A stretch of 64,000 nucleotides of DNA from Amoebophrya sp. A120 (lineage: Eukaryota; Protista; Dinoflagellata): NCBI GenBank assembly GCA_905178155.1, contig CAJINV010000003.1:1359557-1423556 (forward strand). Direction: 5' to 3'. The notes below the pieces were generated by a model. The model was not told the DNA's origin, did not search any database, and saw only the letters and a program-made list of their open reading frames with translations. Shown in pieces: positions 61,430 to 64,000 of this stretch. Within the stretch, counting starts at the first letter, position 1. Each line of letters begins with the position of its first letter. A program made the position numbers and the translations under genes.

Positions 61430-64000
61430 ATGGCTCCCGTTGCTGGGAGCTCGGTTCGCAACAAGGCGACCAAGTCGCCCATGTTCCACGTCGGGCCCAT
61501 GAGCCGCAATGTGGTGGATGCGTTGGCGGAGTTGTGCGACGAGTTGGAAATCACTATTGGGCTGCTTCCCTCCCGTCGGCAGATCGATTTTGATGGAGGA
61601 TACAGCAACAATTGGACGACGAAAGGCTTTGCGGAGTACGTCGCGGCAAAGAACGCAAGCTTTGCGGGCACCGATTATGCGCTTCTTATGGAGCGGGACC
61701 ACGGTGGCCCCAAGCAGGGCTCTGTGGAAGACGATGGCTGTGAGTCGTTCGCGACCGACGCGCAATATTTCGATCTGATCCACGTGGACCCGTGGGCGGC
61801 GTGCAAGGACCTGCAAGAGGGCATCGACATGACCATCAAGCACATTCAAGACATGTGCAAGCAAAGCACCGAGCCGAAATTCGAAGTGGGCACGGAGGAG
61901 GCTATTCGTCCATTCACTTCGGGGGAGCTGGAGATTTTGCTGCGCCAGCTGAAGATTCGGCTGACCAACGAGGAGTTCGCGCGTATTGAGTACGTGGTGA
62001 TCCAGTCCGGTGTGGCGTTGGATCTTGCGAACCGCCAAAATGTGGGGGTTTACAACAAGGAGCGTCTGAAGGAGATGGTAAAAATCGTCCACAAATACGG
62101 AAAGAAACCGAAGGAGCACAATGGGGACTACTTGTCGCGGCAGCAGTGCCAGGAGCGGTTCACCAACGGCGTCGCAGCCGTCAACATCGCGCCGGCCTTC
62201 GGGCAAATTGAAACCGCCTGCTTGCTGACGCTGCTGCGAGAACAGGACATTTCCGCCTCTTCGCCGACCAACGCCTCTGGTAAAAGCCTGTTCGAGGAGA
62301 TGTACCAGCTGTGCTACGACTCCGCAAAGTGGAAAAAATGGAACAAGAACAACCTGCTGAACCCGAGAACGGAAAAAGAGAAGCTCATCCTGATTTGCGG
62401 ACACTACGTCTTGTCGTACAAGACCTTCGTCGAGGAGTTGAAGCCAAAAATTCTGGAAGCTGCGAGGACGTTCCTGGCCCAACAGTCGGAGGAGGTGATG
62501 GTGGAGCGGAACGGCGCAACCCTTTCCCCCGACATCAATGTCCTGTACGACAGCTACGTGGTTTCGGAGGTGAAGAAGTTTTTCACACCGTATCTGGAGA
62601 TGGCGAAGGAGCTCCAGACGATTTACGGCGCTAATTCCTCGGGTTTGTACGGAACCAGTATCTCCGAGGTGCCCGGAAAAAACATCTTCACCGAAGAATG
62701 CGACTTGGAAAACCGTGCGGGCGGTTTGACGTTTCAGTACTACGACGGGTATGGAGACGCATCTGCGGCGGAGACGAGGAAGACGGAAATCCACCGGGTC
62801 GTGTGGTCTGCGGCCCCGTCGCCGTACTACTATGCAACCTACATGTTTCCGCTTCCGGGCAAGGATGTGACCAGTTTGAAGTTGTCGCTCGACTTCCTGG
62901 ACGCGTACACGCTGTACTTCCGAAGCCACGGCAGCAACACCGCGTCTGGAACGTTGTCCTTGAAGTTCTCGTCTGCGGCCGGTGCTGGCACGGAGTCCAC
63001 GCCTGTTTCCACCTTGGGCCTGGACCAAGCCCTCGACGTTCGCGGGTATTTTTTGGAGGTGGAATTGACCGGCGTCAAAAACGCACACGAAGGCACCACG
63101 TTCTGCCTGTACGTGGCGGGCATCCCCTCCTCGCGCAAGAGCGTGGTCAACAACTTCGTCGAGGACTGTCGGGCCGACAGTAAGAATTCGTTTACAAGGC
63201 GCAACTTCGCCCCATTCTCGGGATTCGTGTTGCATGTAACTACTTGGCTTCAATGCAGATCCATTTGAAAGCTTCGCATCACGTGCGTGTCTCCACATGA
63301 TGGTCGACAAAAAATTATCGTGAGTTCTTCTCATGTTTGACGTACAGAACTATCCGTACTGTACCAAGCAAATTGTTCGAAGTCAGTTGTGCGTGTTGCG
63401 GTGGTGCTGGAAGAAAGTAGACTGCAGGAAGTAGATGAAAAAGAAATCCGGATGTTGCATGACAGAGCGGGGTGATTTTCCTTACCATTCTCTGGACAGT
63501 GGTGAACGATGCGGATAGTACTAGCGCTGCTGCAACGGGCGTTGCGGGTCTGACAGGTGGAGCCGACAAACCTCCCGTTCAGGCGACCATGCCGGGTGGC
63601 CGGCCGCGATCGAAATCGGTGGAAGAAGTGACGAAGGTGATCAAGAAATCGGAGTCGGTGAAAAAAGTAGTGAAGCCCTGGGGACACGAACTCTGGATCA
63701 CCTCGCCCGAGAACATCCACCTGTACTGCTTGAAGGAGATCATGTTGAAAAGCGGCAAGAAAACCAGTCTGCAGTACCACGTGATGAAGCGCGAAACGAA
63801 TGTACTGGTTGAGGGCCGGGCCGTGATGTGGTACCAGAAAAACGCAGACCCGCCGACGCTGGAGGCCAAACTGGCAACACTGTCGGTCGAGGAGCAACAA
63901 GGAAACGCGATGTACAAAGACGTGAACTTGGAGCTTGGGCAGCAGCTGCTGTGGCCGCTCTCTGCCGTGGGTGTGACCCCGCCCTTGATCCACCGTGTCG
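61430..64000 (+). CDS. KbaZ/GatZ-like (tagatose-bisphosphate aldolase non-catalytic subunit family) domain fused to a cupin sugar-isomerase-like domain; truncated by the window edge
   Basis: GPMSRNVVDA, SRRQIDFDGGY, ERDHGGPKQG, DLIHVDPW, EVGTEE, KEHNGDYL, NIAPAFG. GT-AG intron 63180-63499 leads in frame to VVKPWGHELWI...YCLKEI...GKKTSLQYHVMKRET. Confidence 0.8.

Noticed and set aside
61328-63334. 668-aa minus-strand ORF
   Set aside because: Antisense shadow of the KbaZ-like gene caused by GC3-rich codon usage; no motifs.
1-64000. Autonomous transposase for the introners, tRNA/rRNA genes, dinoflagellate spliced-leader relics
   Set aside because: None recognised by eye; tRNAscan-SE, Infernal and HMM searches are needed to exclude them.

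Overview
Eukaryotic, gene-dense, intron-containing DNA. All ~18 credible genes lie on the + strand. The gene content and the non-canonical introns with terminal inverted repeats (TIRs) point to a parasitic dinoflagellate of the Amoebophrya/Syndiniales type (inference). The dominant hidden structure is a set of 22 short (150-460 bp) elements from at least 5 TIR families. They have TAY...RTA ends and a 5-bp target-site duplication (TSD), perfect in young copies and decayed in old ones. Most carry an internal TGTNWTGC motif. Twenty interrupt coding sequence, and removing the element plus one TSD copy restores the frame and the conserved protein motifs in each case, so they behave as introner elements that work in either orientation. 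Splicing them in silico gives genes the ORF track fragments: a TPT/SLC35 transporter, a metaxin-like protein, a 1238-aa secreted protein with a HicA-like C-terminus, a ~3400-aa Nup188-like protein, a complete bacterial-type blue proteorhodopsin (DTE, Q105, Asn at His75), purH, an SLBP-domain protein and phosphonopyruvate decarboxylase. Other genes: CEP83-like, RING-TRAF, an EF-hand protein with a poly-C frameshift, a PAM2 protein, and a KbaZ/GatZ-like-cupin fusion running off the right edge. Two intergenic zones hold repeat arrays and GC-rich hairpins. Exon models were built by eye, without RNA data or database searches.
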